Numbered from the stretch's first letter, positions 8,748 through 19,502 are shown. The stretch is DNA of 64,000 nucleotides from Bacillota bacterium (GCA_963666425.2 OY762825.2:960001-1024000), one strand, 5' to 3'. Translations and numbers: made by a program. The notes: generated by a model from the letters alone, not told the origin.

Positions 8748-10130
8748 ATGAATGAAAACACACACAACCTAGCTGAACTGCAATCGGAAAAAACCGAATT
8801 CAAAAGAGAAGTCGGTCTCTTCGGCGGCATCAGCGTGCTGGGCGGCATCATGGTCGGTTCCGGCATCTTCTACCTTGGTTCCTATGTTCTGATGCGTTCC
8901 GGCATGAGCATGGGGCTTTCCCTGCTTGTCTGGGTTATTGGCGGTTTAGTTACTCTGCTCAGCGGTATCTGCTATGCCGAACTCGGCGCCATGATGCCAA
9001 AAGCAGGCGGCGGTTATGTCTACCTGCGGGAAGCGTTCGGTGAACGTATTGCCTTTATGAGCGGAATCAACGGCTTCGTGCTGGGCAGCTCCGGCTCCAT
9101 TGCTGCTTTGGCTATCGCCTTCCCCAATCTACTGGGCAGCTTTTTCAGCATCAGTCCCGTCGCCGGCAAAGCCATTGCCATTGGCCTGATCGTGCTGCTC
9201 TCTGCCATCAATATCCTGGGCATTAAATTTGGTTCTTTAGTCCAGAATATCTTCCTGATTGCCAAACTGATTCCGATTGCCGTCATCTTAATCTGCGGCT
9301 TACTGCTGGGTCAACAGACGCCTAATTTAAGCCTCATCCCTGCTTCTCAGCCTTCCTTTGTGCAGCTCTGCAGCATGATCGCCTTTGCCGTGGTGGCAAC
9401 CCTGTGGGCTTATGAAGGTTGGACCAATCTGAATACGATCAGCGAAGAAATCAAGAATCCTCACCGCAATTTGCCGCTCGCCATTATCTTAGCCATCACG
9501 AGCGTCACGGTTCTCTACACACTCTTCAATTTCGCTATTTATCGTGTGCTGCCGCTCGACGCGATTACCACCTTGTTCAACAGTAAAAGTTACTTTTTAG
9601 GCACCGAAGTTGCCGGCACGCTCTTCGGCAGTACCGGTCGGCTATTGGTCAGCTTGACCATGGCCATCTCGGTTTTCGGCGCTCTCAACGGCTGCGTCAT
9701 GGTTTTCCCCCGCACCTATTATGCCATGGCCAAAGACGGTCTGTTTTTCTCCTCCTGCGGTAAACTGCATGAAACTTATAAAACGCCGGTCAATGCGCAA
9801 ATCGCTTCTGCTCTGATTTCTATCGTTTTAGTCCTCTCGCGCAATCTGGATCAACTGACCTCCCTCGTTGTCTTCAGTGCTTTTATCTTTAATATTCTGA
9901 TTTTCTATTCCGTGATCGTTCTGCGTAAAAAATATCCCAACTTGAACCGTCCCTACCGTGTCTGGCTCTATCCGATCAGCGTCATCCTGACCATGGTGAT
10001 TATGGTTGGTTTGATGGTCAACACCTTCATCGAAGACCCGACCACCTCCCTGATTGGCCTGGTTGTACCGGCGGCCGGCTTTGTCATCTATGAAATCATT
10101 CGCCGCAGAAAAACCACTGTGGCAGCATAG
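8748..10130 (+). CDS. APC-superfamily (LAT-like) amino acid permease
   Basis: MVGSGIF, YAELGAMMPKAGGGYVYL, WAYEGW, EEIKNP motifs; about 12 TMs. Confidence 0.9.
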   Translation: MNENTHNLAELQSEKTEFKREVGLFGGISVLGGIMVGSGIFYLGSYVLMRSGMSMGLSLLVWVIGGLVTLLSGICYAELGAMMPKAGGGYVYLREAFGERIAFMSGINGFVLGSSGSIAALAIAFPNLLGSFFSISPVAGKAIAIGLIVLLSAINILGIKFGSLVQNIFLIAKLIPIAVILICGLLLGQQTPNLSLIPASQPSFVQLCSMIAFAVVATLWAYEGWTNLNTISEEIKNPHRNLPLAIILAITSVTVLYTLFNFAIYRVLPLDAITTLFNSKSYFLGTEVAGTLFGSTGRLLVSLTMAISVFGALNGCVMVFPRTYYAMAKDGLFFSSCGKLHETYKTPVNAQIASALISIVLVLSRNLDQLTSLVVFSAFIFNILIFYSVIVLRKKYPNLNRPYRVWLYPISVILTMVIMVGLMVNTFIEDPTTSLIGLVVPAAGFVIYEIIRRRKTTVAA

Positions 10131-10142
10131 GAGAATAAAAAA

Positions 10143-11741
10143 ATGACTACCATCCTCTATCATGGCAACATCTACGTCCGGCAAGGTCAATTTGCAGAAG
10201 CGCTGCTGATTGAAGATAATATGATCCGCCGGATTGGCAGCAATGAAGAAATTCTGCAAGAAGCTCCGGCTGAAGCGGAACGCATCGATTTAGCGGGACG
10301 CACGGTCCTGCCCGGCTTCAATGATTCCCATATGCATCTGCAAATGGTCGGCCGCGATATGCAGACAGTCAACCTCTACGGCGCTACTTCCATTCAGGAA
10401 GTCATTCGCCGCGGCCGCGCGTTCCTCAGCGAACATCCGGTTCCCGCAGGCAGCGTCGTCAACGGCAGCGGTTGGAATCAGGACTATTTCAGTGATGAAG
10501 TGCGTCTGCTCAACCGCCACGATCTCGATCAGATTTCAACAGAACACATCCTTATTTTCAGCCGTGCCTGTGGTCATGTTCTGACAGCCAATACACTGGC
10601 GATCGAAACCGCCAGTGTAACCGCCGCCACGCCGCAGCCAGCCGGTGGCCATTTTGATACCGATGCGGATGGCAGCCCGAACGGTATTTTCCGGGAAAGC
10701 GCCAACGCCCTGATCTACCGGCTGCAGCCGGCTGAAGATCTTCCCGCCATTCTGCACAGCCTCAATCTGGCGATGGATTATGCGGCCTCGCAAGGCATCA
10801 CTTCCGTGCAGACCATGGATGTCAACAGCAACAATACCGAAATTATGCTGGCAGCGTATACAGAAGTGCTGGCGGAACGCCCGACTCTGCGCGTTTATCA
10901 TCAATGCAACATCACCACATTGGACGCACTGCACGCTTTTGCCGCCAAAGGTTATCTCACCGGCAAGGTGAATGGACTGCAGATGATTGGACCAATCAAA
11001 CTGTTCATGGATGGCTCTCTGGGGGCACGCACCGCCCTGATGCGGCAGCCTTATGCCGATGATCCCACCACAAGTGGCATCCAATGTGTCGATCAGACGG
11101 AGCTGAATCAACTGGTTGCGGAGGCGAATCAACTTGGTTTTCAGGTTACTGCCCACGCCATCGGTGACGGTGCCATCGAGCTGATCCTGAATGCCTATGA
11201 ATCCGTTCAGCAAGTGGGCCAAAATCCCCTGCGCAACGGCGTCGTCCATTGTCAGATCACCGACCCGGCGCAGCTGCAGCGTTTCCTCAGTTATGATATC
11301 CTGGCTCAGGTTCAGCCGATTTTCCTGCATTATGATCTGCACATCGTCAGAGAAAGAGTGGGAAGTACGCTAGCCGACACATCCTACGCCTTTGGCAGCA
11401 TGCAGCAAATGGGCATCCATGTCAGCTTTGGTACCGACTCGCCGGTGGAAAATATGAATCCGTTCCATAATATCTACTGTGCCGTAACGCGCCGCGATCT
11501 CAACGGCAGTGCGCCTTATAACCCAAGCGAAGCCTATACCGTTGCGGACGCGGTCGACGCTTACACCCTCGGCAGCGCCTATGTCAGCTTTGAGGAAAAC
11601 AAAAAAGGCCGTTTGCAGCCCGGTTTCCTTGCCGATCTGGTCGTGCTGAGTGATGATATTTTCAGCATCGCACCAACTGAGATCAAGGATATCACCGCTG
11701 TGATGACCATAGTAGACGGTAGAATCGTTTATAGAGTTTAG
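10143..11741 (+). CDS. YtcJ-like amidohydrolase (amidohydrolase 3 family)
   Basis: PGFNDSHMH, KLFMDGSLGARTA, HAIGD, VHCQ, GTDSPVE. Confidence 0.88.
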   Translation: MTTILYHGNIYVRQGQFAEALLIEDNMIRRIGSNEEILQEAPAEAERIDLAGRTVLPGFNDSHMHLQMVGRDMQTVNLYGATSIQEVIRRGRAFLSEHPVPAGSVVNGSGWNQDYFSDEVRLLNRHDLDQISTEHILIFSRACGHVLTANTLAIETASVTAATPQPAGGHFDTDADGSPNGIFRESANALIYRLQPAEDLPAILHSLNLAMDYAASQGITSVQTMDVNSNNTEIMLAAYTEVLAERPTLRVYHQCNITTLDALHAFAAKGYLTGKVNGLQMIGPIKLFMDGSLGARTALMRQPYADDPTTSGIQCVDQTELNQLVAEANQLGFQVTAHAIGDGAIELILNAYESVQQVGQNPLRNGVVHCQITDPAQLQRFLSYDILAQVQPIFLHYDLHIVRERVGSTLADTSYAFGSMQQMGIHVSFGTDSPVENMNPFHNIYCAVTRRDLNGSAPYNPSEAYTVADAVDAYTLGSAYVSFEENKKGRLQPGFLADLVVLSDDIFSIAPTEIKDITAVMTIVDGRIVYRV

Positions 11742-11781
11742 GTCAAATTTCTCCAGAGAAAAGAATAAAAAAAGCCAAAGA

Positions 11782-11860
11782 GAAGCTGCAGCAAAATGCA
11801 AAAATTGCTGCAGTTCCTTTTTTTATGCACTGACGGCACTTGTCACAATCCGTCAAAGCC
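11782..11860. repeat. IS1182-end-like palindrome/remnant that doubles as a terminator
   Basis: GCTGCAGCAAAATGCAAAAATTGCTGCAG plus T-tract; aligns for about 75 bp with 56634-56708, downstream of the IS1182 transposase. Confidence 0.6.
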
Positions 11861-12196
11861 TTTTCATAATTCTGCCCGCTGCTCGCTCACCGTACCATCT
11901 GGTTGAGAAGAAAAACGACTGCTTCAGTATCGGCTTTGCCCGATCTGAACCAGTTCGATCGTTTGTCTCATCTATTGTATTTTAGCGAATATTTTTATTT
12001 ATTTATGAATATCTCAGTAGGTTAGTCTACTGTCATTGCGATTATTGTAGTTCATAACCGAGGATTAATTCGTCTTATTCCTTGATTCGTTCTCGTAATG
12101 GGCACTCTTGGAGAATACACGTTGCTTAACAAAGATGTTCTGGATTCGACTCGTTCCTATTTTCTCAATATCTGCAGTTTCCAAGTTTTAGCAAGA

Positions 12197-12225
12197 TTGA
12201 CTTCCCTTTTTATTTCCTATATACT
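12197..12225 (+). promoter_or_regulatory. SigA-type promoter
   Basis: TTGACT-17 bp-TATACT upstream of the 12301 CDS. Confidence 0.6.
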
Positions 12226-12300
12226 CATAGCGGTTAATCGGATTATTCCATGTCAGCAGACAAAGAACTACATTGATATAAAGTAATTCATCTGGAGGAG

Positions 12301-13011
12301 GTGATGAACGCCATGCGTAAATTCAACTGGTGGCAATTTTCATTTTTTCTCTCTCTTATTTTAAACATCCCAATGCTGCTGGGTTTCATTTCTGTCTTCT
12401 TTTTCTTTCAGTATTATGGAATTGAGACCGCGGTCCCCTTTGCCGGAGTTCGTTTACACGAAATTGGCTTGGCTCCGTCAATGCTGACATTACTAGTCTG
12501 TTATCCTTCATTTCCTGCAAAGTTGGATACCAAACCTATGATCAAATGGCTTTATGGGGCTTTAACAATTCCTTGCTTGATTTATTATTCAAAAAAAATG
12601 AGCCTTCCTACCGAAGACTTCCGCTTCAGTATTCTTTTCTTTGCTGCGGTTTTAACCCTAATTGGCTTTCTTTTACGGAAACGCATCTGGAAGTTTCGCT
12701 ACATAACCTATGTGCTTGGTTTTACGCTTTTTACAAGTATATTTGTAATCATAAACACATCCTATCGAACTCAATTTAATATTTGTGATTATCTCGGCGA
12801 AAGCTATGCAGTGACTTACGCGCTGGGTGTAAATGCCTACCTCGTTCAATGTGAGATAGAGCCAAATCTTGATTCGCAAGATGCTGAATCAGTTATAAAG
12901 CTCTATCAAAACAAATTTCTGGTCGTGAATTATTTCGAAAATGACATCTTGAAGGATAATTACACCAGATTTTCACGGGTTGTCATCATGCCAAGCACAG
13001 AAAATCCGTAA
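12301..13011 (+). CDS. Hypothetical AT-rich multi-pass membrane protein
   Basis: GGAGGAGGTG RBS, about 5 hydrophobic segments, no recognisable motif; start may be ATG 12313. Confidence 0.7.
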   Translation: MMNAMRKFNWWQFSFFLSLILNIPMLLGFISVFFFFQYYGIETAVPFAGVRLHEIGLAPSMLTLLVCYPSFPAKLDTKPMIKWLYGALTIPCLIYYSKKMSLPTEDFRFSILFFAAVLTLIGFLLRKRIWKFRYITYVLGFTLFTSIFVIINTSYRTQFNICDYLGESYAVTYALGVNAYLVQCEIEPNLDSQDAESVIKLYQNKFLVVNYFENDILKDNYTRFSRVVIMPSTENP

Positions 13012-13023
13012 TAACATAAGAAA

Positions 13024-13146
13024 GGGGCTGTAGCAAAACAGCCTAAAAAGGAACAGAGCCTTGTGACTGCCAAAAAAAAGCAAACACGAGGCTCTGTTTT
13101 ACGCTAAGGAGGAGCTGCAGCAAAACAAAAATTGCTGCAGCTCCTC
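13024..13146. repeat. IS1182-end-like/MITE-like element with two hairpins
   Basis: GGGGCTGTAGCAAAA identical to 56634-56648; hairpins AACAGAGCCTTGTG/CACGAGGCTCTGTT and GAGGAGCTGCAGCAA/TTGCTGCAGCTCCTC. Confidence 0.6.
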
Positions 13147-13197
13147 AGTTGTTTTAATCAAGACAATCGATTTGGTTCACAGTGGAACCTTAATTGA

Positions 13198-14322
13198 TTA
13201 TTCCTTCTCAAACATCTCTTTTACTTTGACCAACTCTTCGATAATGGCAATATGCTGCGGACAGTGGCTTTCGCAATTGCCGCAGGCAATACAGTCAGAA
13301 GCTTTGCCGCGCTCCTGCGTTTGACGGGTATAGTGCATGGCGGGGAAATTATTGCTGCCGAATTGCTGCACCATATTGTAGATGCTGAACAAGGAAGGAA
13401 TATTGATCCGCATCGGACAGCCATCGACGCAGTACTGGCAGGCCGTGCAGGGAATCGCAGTCGATTGTTTGATGATCTCAACTGCCTTGTCTATCGTCTC
13501 ATGTTCTGTTTGTGTGAGAGGCTGGAATTCTTTCATGTAGCTGCAGTTGTCTTTCATCTGTTCCAAGTTTGACATACCGCTTAAGACCATAAAGACACCT
13601 TCCAGCGAAGCGGCATAGCGGATCGCCCAGGAGGCAGCGGAAGCGGTAGGATTCACGCTCTGAAAGAGTTCGCTGATTTCCGCTGTCGGATTGGCCAAAG
13701 CACCGCCCTTGATCGGCTCCATGACAATGATCGGCTTGTTGTATTTGCGAGCGACCGCATAACAAGCACCGGACTGCACGCTGGGACGATCCCAGTCGGC
13801 ATAGTTGATCTGCAGCTGGACAAAGTCCACTTCCGGATGCTTATCGAGGATTTTTTCCAAAACTTCAGCCGTATCGTGGAAAGAGAAGCCGACAAAGCGG
13901 GCTTTCCCTTCTGCTTTCAATTTTTGCAGGTAATCAAAACCACCGGTCCGCTCTGCGCGCTGGTTATTCTCGATGCCTAAATTATGCAGTAGATAAAAAT
14001 CAAAATAATCTACTCCGCAGCGCTGCAATTGTTCTGCAAAGAAGCGGTCATAATCTTCCGGCTTTTCAATCATAAACATCGGCATTTTGTCGGCCAGCAG
14101 GAATTGATTGCGTTGATGACGTTTGACCAAACCTTCGCGCAGCGCGACTTCGGATTTACCGCCATGATAGGGATAGGCAGTATCAAAATAGGTAAAGCCT
14201 TGCTCTAAACAGGTATCTACCATTTGATTGACCTGTGCTTGATCAATGGTTTTACCATCTTCCAGCAGCGGTAAACGCATCGCACCAAAGCCGAGTCTCT
14301 GAGGATTTAAACCGGTAATCAT
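13198..14322 (-). CDS. Aldo/keto reductase with C-terminal 4Fe-4S dicluster domain
   Basis: LGFGAMRLP, YFDTAYPY, GFSFH, MEPIKGG; CTACQYCVDGCP and CIACGNCESHCP. Confidence 0.9.
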   Translation of the reverse strand: MITGLNPQRLGFGAMRLPLLEDGKTIDQAQVNQMVDTCLEQGFTYFDTAYPYHGGKSEVALREGLVKRHQRNQFLLADKMPMFMIEKPEDYDRFFAEQLQRCGVDYFDFYLLHNLGIENNQRAERTGGFDYLQKLKAEGKARFVGFSFHDTAEVLEKILDKHPEVDFVQLQINYADWDRPSVQSGACYAVARKYNKPIIVMEPIKGGALANPTAEISELFQSVNPTASAASWAIRYAASLEGVFMVLSGMSNLEQMKDNCSYMKEFQPLTQTEHETIDKAVEIIKQSTAIPCTACQYCVDGCPMRINIPSLFSIYNMVQQFGSNNFPAMHYTRQTQERGKASDCIACGNCESHCPQHIAIIEELVKVKEMFEKE

Positions 14323-14440
14323 ATGTCTCTCTCCTTTTGATCTTTGCAGTTTTCATTTCTGATTGAATAAGAAAACAGAGGGCGTAAAATATTTCGCCCT
14401 CTGTATTATATTCTTGACATCCTTCTGATTTTCCTGCTTT

Positions 14441-15094
14441 TTATTCGCCGAACTCTTTCAAATCGTCTGCTACCCGAAAATCCGCTTCCGTTTTTTGCCG
14501 CAGCTCGGCAAGCGACACTCCTTTGCGAATCTCCCGCAGCAGCAATCCTGTCGCTGTTACTTCCAGCACCGCCAGCTCCGTAATGATCAGATTCACTTTG
14601 TTCTTCGCCGTCAATGGCAAACGACAGCGCTTGAGAATTTTAGCTGCGTCGCCTTTGGCTGTATGAGTCGTCACCACGATCACTTGTTTAGCCCCCGCGA
14701 CAAGGTCCATTGCCCCACCCATACCCGGAACTAATTTGCCGGGGATGATATGGCTGGCCAAGGAACCGGCTTCATCCACTTCTAAAGCTCCTAGAATCGT
14801 TTTATCCAGATGCCCGCCGCGGATGATGGCAAATGAGGTGGCACTGTCGAAAAAGCTGCCATGATCTCGCAGCGTTACCGGAAGTCCGCCGGCATTGGTG
14901 ATATGAGCATTCTTCGTCTCGCCGGTTGCGGCTCGGTCCATCCCGATGATGCCGTTTTCCGACTGCAGGATCACATTAAAGGCTGCCGGGATATAATCCG
15001 CGACCAAAGTCGGCAAACCGATACCCAGATTGACAACATCGCCGTCTTCGAGCTCTAGGGCAGCTCGACGGGCAATTACTTCTTTCGCGTCCAT
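14441..15094 (-). CDS. atoA: Butyrate/acetate:acetoacetate CoA-transferase subunit B
   Basis: VNLGIGLP, QSENG catalytic Glu, PGMGGAMDL. Confidence 0.9.
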   Translation of the reverse strand: MDAKEVIARRAALELEDGDVVNLGIGLPTLVADYIPAAFNVILQSENGIIGMDRAATGETKNAHITNAGGLPVTLRDHGSFFDSATSFAIIRGGHLDKTILGALEVDEAGSLASHIIPGKLVPGMGGAMDLVAGAKQVIVVTTHTAKGDAAKILKRCRLPLTAKNKVNLIITELAVLEVTATGLLLREIRKGVSLAELRQKTEADFRVADDLKEFGE

Positions 15095-15750
15095 CAGGCC
15101 ACCCCTTTCAGAATATAATCCACAAAAATACCGGAGGTCATAATATAATTGCGGTCCAATTCGCCAACTTCTACAATCGTCTCAGCTGTGGCAATCACCA
15201 CATCGCAAGCCATCGCCATCAGATGATTGAAATTCTTGGTCGTTCCTTCATAAAAGCAATTACCAGCCTGATCAATCACGGTCGCATGAATCAGGGCGAT
15301 ATCCCCGTGCAGCGGCAATTCCAGCAAGTAATCTTTGCCGTTGACCGAGATGATTTGTTTGCCCTGCTCGATTTCGGTGCCCAAACCGGTGGCAGTCAGC
15401 ACGCCGCCCAAGCCACTGCCGCCGCAGCGAATCCGTTCGGCCAACGTCCCTTGCGGCACCAGTTCCACTTCCAATTCGCCGGTGCTCATTTGCTGCCCGG
15501 TTTCCGGATTCATGCCAATATGCGAGACGATTAATTTCTTAACTCGTTTGGTAGCGATCAATTTGGAGATACCGATTCCCGGCATCGCGGTATCATTGGC
15601 AATGATCGTATAATCTTGCACATCCTTGGCAATCAGAGCATCCACCAACCGCTCAGAAGTGCCATTGCCAAGAAAACCGCCAATCATCACAGTCATGCCA
15701 TCGCGGAATAACTGCATGGCTGTACTGAGATCGATCAATTTATTCTTCAC
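15094..15750 (-). CDS. atoD: Butyrate/acetate:acetoacetate CoA-transferase subunit A
   Basis: DGMTVMIGGF, PQGTLAERIR, KNFN; GTG start at 15750 behind GAAGGTGA. Confidence 0.9.
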   Translation of the reverse strand: MKNKLIDLSTAMQLFRDGMTVMIGGFLGNGTSERLVDALIAKDVQDYTIIANDTAMPGIGISKLIATKRVKKLIVSHIGMNPETGQQMSTGELEVELVPQGTLAERIRCGGSGLGGVLTATGLGTEIEQGKQIISVNGKDYLLELPLHGDIALIHATVIDQAGNCFYEGTTKNFNHLMAMACDVVIATAETIVEVGELDRNYIMTSGIFVDYILKGVA

Positions 15751-15754
15751 GTCA

Positions 15755-16621
15755 TCACCTTCCCTGTTCCTGCTGTTCATACAGGAAGAATCCCGCTTTG
15801 CTTTTGCGTCCCAATTTTCCGGCCCGCACCATCTTACGCAAGTAAGGCTGCGGACGATATTTGCTGTCGCCGGTTTCCCGCTGCAGTACCTCCATAATGT
15901 CAAGCACTACATCCAGTCCGATTAAATCAGCCAAGGCCAAAGGGCCCATGGGATGATTGGCTCCCAGCTGCATGGCTGTGTCAATATCCGCTGCAGAAGC
16001 AATCCCTTCTGCCAGAATCCCGATCGCTTCGTTGATCATCGGAATCAGGATGCGGTTGACGACAAAGCCGGGCGCTTCCTCCACCAACACGGCTTGCTTC
16101 TCCAGTTTAGCGCAGAAGCCTCGAATCACCTGGATCGTTGCTTCGCTGGTTTGGCTGCCTTTGACGATTTCCACCAATTTCATCAGAGGAGCTGGATTGA
16201 AGAAGTGCATGCCGATCATCCGCTGCGGACACTGCACCGCGGCAGCCAGTTCGGTGATCGACAGTGAGGAAGTATTGCTGGCAAAGATCGTCTGCGTGCT
16301 GCAAACTAAATCGAGCTGACGAAAGAGCTCTTTTTTGACTGCTGCTTTCTCTACCACTGCTTCCAACACCAATTCACACGGAACAGCCTCTTCTATGGCA
16401 GTGGCTTGATGCAGATTGTTCTGCAGCGCACGTTTGGCATCCGCTGAAAGACGGCCTTTCTCCACCTGGCGGCTCAGGATTTTATCGATGTTGGCAAAAC
16501 TTCTCTCCACTGCCAGAGGATTGAGATCATAAAGATAAGTCGTAAAGCCTGCCGCCGCAAAACATTGCGCGATGCCGCTGCCCATCGTGCCGGCGCCAAT
16601 CACAAAAACACTCATTTTCAT
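15755..16621 (-). CDS. hbd: 3-hydroxybutyryl-CoA dehydrogenase
   Basis: GAGTMGSGIA, SNTSSLSI, GMHFFNP, NHPMGP. Confidence 0.92.
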   Translation of the reverse strand: MKMSVFVIGAGTMGSGIAQCFAAAGFTTYLYDLNPLAVERSFANIDKILSRQVEKGRLSADAKRALQNNLHQATAIEEAVPCELVLEAVVEKAAVKKELFRQLDLVCSTQTIFASNTSSLSITELAAAVQCPQRMIGMHFFNPAPLMKLVEIVKGSQTSEATIQVIRGFCAKLEKQAVLVEEAPGFVVNRILIPMINEAIGILAEGIASAADIDTAMQLGANHPMGPLALADLIGLDVVLDIMEVLQRETGDSKYRPQPYLRKMVRAGKLGRKSKAGFFLYEQQEQGR

Positions 16622-16636
16622 CTTCTCCCCGTTTTA

Positions 16637-17407
16637 TTATTTCTGCCTGGCTCTGCCGCGCTGTAAAAAAGCGGTCATCCGCTCCTGTCGGTCCGCTGCT
16701 GCAAAGCAACGCTGAAATGCGCTGGCTTCCCGCTGACAGTCTGCCGCCAGCAAAGCTGTCTGCTGCGCCATCAACAGTTGTTTGGCTTCTCTGACCGCAA
16801 CGCGGCTGCATTGACCGAACCGCTGCAGTGTTCGCTCCAGTAAAGCTTCCAAATCTGCCGGTTCAGCCAGATATTCCACTAAGCCAATCCGATAAGCTTC
16901 CTCACCTTGAATGGTTTCACCGCTGAACAACAAACGTTTGGCTTGCCCTAAGCCAACCAAACGAACCAAACGAAAGCTGCCGCCAAAAGCGGGCGTGATG
17001 CCGAGTCCGGTTTCCGGTTGGCCAAAAACGGCTCGGGTGGAGGCGATACGCAAGTCGCAGGCCATCGCCAATTCCATGCCGCCGCCCAGGGCGTAGCCTT
17101 GCACCAGCGCAATGCTGGGGATGCTCAGCTGTTCTAATTGAGCAAAGACCCGATTGCCGTTTTGTGAAAATGCGTAAGCTTGTTCCGGTGTGAGATCCTG
17201 CATTTCGCTGATATCAGCACCGGCCACAAAGGCCTTTTCCTCGGCACCGCGTAAAACCAGACAACTGAGCGACTGAATGGCTGCGAGTGTGGTGAAAGCT
17301 TCTGATAATTCCTGTAATACTTCACTGTTCAGCGCATTCAGCGCCTGCGGCCGCTGGATCGTCAGGATGGCAACATTTTCCTTGATTTCCAAGCAAGTGT
17401 TATTCAT
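16637..17407 (-). CDS. crt: Enoyl-CoA hydratase (crotonase)
   Basis: AFVAGADI, ALGGGMELAMACD, GQPETGLG. Confidence 0.88.
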   Translation of the reverse strand: MNNTCLEIKENVAILTIQRPQALNALNSEVLQELSEAFTTLAAIQSLSCLVLRGAEEKAFVAGADISEMQDLTPEQAYAFSQNGNRVFAQLEQLSIPSIALVQGYALGGGMELAMACDLRIASTRAVFGQPETGLGITPAFGGSFRLVRLVGLGQAKRLLFSGETIQGEEAYRIGLVEYLAEPADLEALLERTLQRFGQCSRVAVREAKQLLMAQQTALLAADCQREASAFQRCFAAADRQERMTAFLQRGRARQK

Positions 17408-17409
17408 TT

Positions 17410-18609
17410 TTAATTCTCCCTGCAGCGCTCGTCACGTTCGACAATCAGAGCCTCTCCCATTCCGCCGCCGATACAAAGCGTGGCTAAACCATATCGCAGA
17501 CTGCGCTTTTTCATTTCATACAGCAAGCTAACCAAGATCCGGGCACCCGACGCGCCAATGGGATGTCCCAGGGCAATGGCGCCGCCGTTGACATTGACCT
17601 TGTCCGAATTCCAGCCTAATTCCTGCATGACAGCCAGTGATTGGGCGGCAAACGCTTCGTTCGCCTCAATCAAATCCAATTGATCCATTGTCATTTCTGC
17701 TTTGACCAAAGCTTGCTGCACCGCTGGAATCGGTCCCAATCCCATAAAGGCCGGATCTACCCCGGCAGAGCCGCTGGCCACAATCCGTGCCAGTGGTTTT
17801 AAGTGATTTTCCAGCAAAAAACGTTCCCCGCAGACAATCACCGCGGCTGCTCCGTCGTTGATACCGGAAGCGTTACCGGCGGTGACAGTACCCTCTTTGC
17901 TGAAAGCAGGCCGTAAGCGCTGCAATCCGGCCAGGTTGCTGCCGAAACGAGGATGCTCATCCTGTTGAAAAATCGTCACGTTTTTTTTGCGGTCCACCAA
18001 TTCGATCGGCACAATTTCATCAACAAAGCGTCCGCTTTGGATGGCAGCCTCCGCTTTTAGCTGTGAGGCCAAGGCGAATTGATCTTGGGCTTCCCTTGTG
18101 ATCTGATAGCGCTGGGCGACATTTTCCGCAGTCAAACCCATATGATATTGCAAAAAGACGTCCGTCAGACCATCGTAAACCATCAGATCCGTTGCCTCGG
18201 CATTGCCCATACGGGCACCATAGCGCATGCTCTGCAGCGCATAGGGAGCAAGATCCATATTCTCCATGCCCCCGGCGACCACACAATCGGCTTCTCCGGC
18301 TAAAATGCTGCGCTGCGCGTAAACAACCGCTGTTAAACCGGAACCGCAGACTTTATTGATGGTCATGGCGGGGATCGTATAGGGAATTCCGGCTTTGACT
18401 GCTGCCTGGCGGGCAGGGTTTTGACCCAAGCCAGCCTGTAGGACATTACCCATGACCACTTCGCTAACCTGATTGCTCTGCAAAGCTGCTCGCTCTAGCG
18501 CCGCCGCGATCACTTTAGCAGCCAATTCTACCGCTGGTGTGTCTTTCAGACTGCCGTTCATCGTGCCGATAGCGGTACGGCAGGCACTGACGATGTAGAT
18601 TTTCTCCAT
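17410..18609 (-). CDS. thlA: Acetyl-CoA acetyltransferase (thiolase)
   Basis: [27 protein letters not shown]; start MEKIYI. Confidence 0.93.
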   Translation of the reverse strand: MEKIYIVSACRTAIGTMNGSLKDTPAVELAAKVIAAALERAALQSNQVSEVVMGNVLQAGLGQNPARQAAVKAGIPYTIPAMTINKVCGSGLTAVVYAQRSILAGEADCVVAGGMENMDLAPYALQSMRYGARMGNAEATDLMVYDGLTDVFLQYHMGLTAENVAQRYQITREAQDQFALASQLKAEAAIQSGRFVDEIVPIELVDRKKNVTIFQQDEHPRFGSNLAGLQRLRPAFSKEGTVTAGNASGINDGAAAVIVCGERFLLENHLKPLARIVASGSAGVDPAFMGLGPIPAVQQALVKAEMTMDQLDLIEANEAFAAQSLAVMQELGWNSDKVNVNGGAIALGHPIGASGARILVSLLYEMKKRSLRYGLATLCIGGGMGEALIVERDERCREN

Positions 18610-18704
18610 TGTTCCCTCTCCTTTGTTTTCTTCGCCGGATTTTTCTAAAGCGGATCCGGTTTCCGCTTGCACTCGCTAAAAAGCTCGCACCGCAAGCAGC
18701 CCTG

Positions 18705-19502
18705 CTAAGTTCGCCGCAACGTCTGCCGGCGAATCATTTCTTTGGCAATAAACGTCGCCACATCATCGGCGTATTTACCGGCACCAAATCCGGCGTCATA
18801 ACCCAATTCTTTGGCCAACTCACCGGTGATACGCGCACCGCCGCAAATCATCAGCAGCTGCTCCCGCACTCCTTCCGCCTCACTCAATTCAATCAGTTCG
18901 GTTAAGTTTCTGATATGAACCTCTTTCTGCGTCACGGTCTGCGAGACCAAAAGCACATCCGCCGCCACTTGCAGCGCCTTTTGCAGCAGCTCTTCATTGG
19001 CTACCTGGCTGCCGAGATTATAGGTTTCAAACATCTCATAACGTTCCAGACCGTAATGACCGGCAAAGCCTTTGCGGTTGATAATCGCGTCAATCCCCAC
19101 CGTATGCGCATCACTGCCGGTGGAAGCGCCGACCACAACGATCTTGCGGCCCAATTCGCTGCGAATCAAAGCATCCGTTGCTGCCAGCGACATGGCTTGC
19201 TCAGCCATCGCCGCAACCTGAAGCTTGCTGTAATCCACACTGTGCAGCAGAGAGCCATAGAGAATATAGAATGAAAAATGACGATCCAAACGCTGATGAT
19301 GAACCACGGAAGCGTTCGACAAACCCATTTGAGCGGCCAACGCCAAAGCGGCCGCCACACCCTTTTCATCGTCGGCAACCGGCAGACTAAAGCTCAGCTG
19401 CACTTTGCCGTCGTTCATCGTATCACCGTAGGGTTTCAGGTGCTGCAAGTCCAAGGCAGTCTCGGCAGCAGAACTCTGCTGTTTATACAGGCTTCCGCTC
19501 AT
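18705..19502 (-). CDS. kamE: Lysine 5,6-aminomutase beta (B12-binding) subunit
   Basis: KPYGDTMNDGKVQLSF; DAHTVG (DxHxxG); KGFAGHYGLE. Confidence 0.93.
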   Translation of the reverse strand: MSGSLYKQQSSAAETALDLQHLKPYGDTMNDGKVQLSFSLPVADDEKGVAAALALAAQMGLSNASVVHHQRLDRHFSFYILYGSLLHSVDYSKLQVAAMAEQAMSLAATDALIRSELGRKIVVVGASTGSDAHTVGIDAIINRKGFAGHYGLERYEMFETYNLGSQVANEELLQKALQVAADVLLVSQTVTQKEVHIRNLTELIELSEAEGVREQLLMICGGARITGELAKELGYDAGFGAGKYADDVATFIAKEMIRRQTLRRT

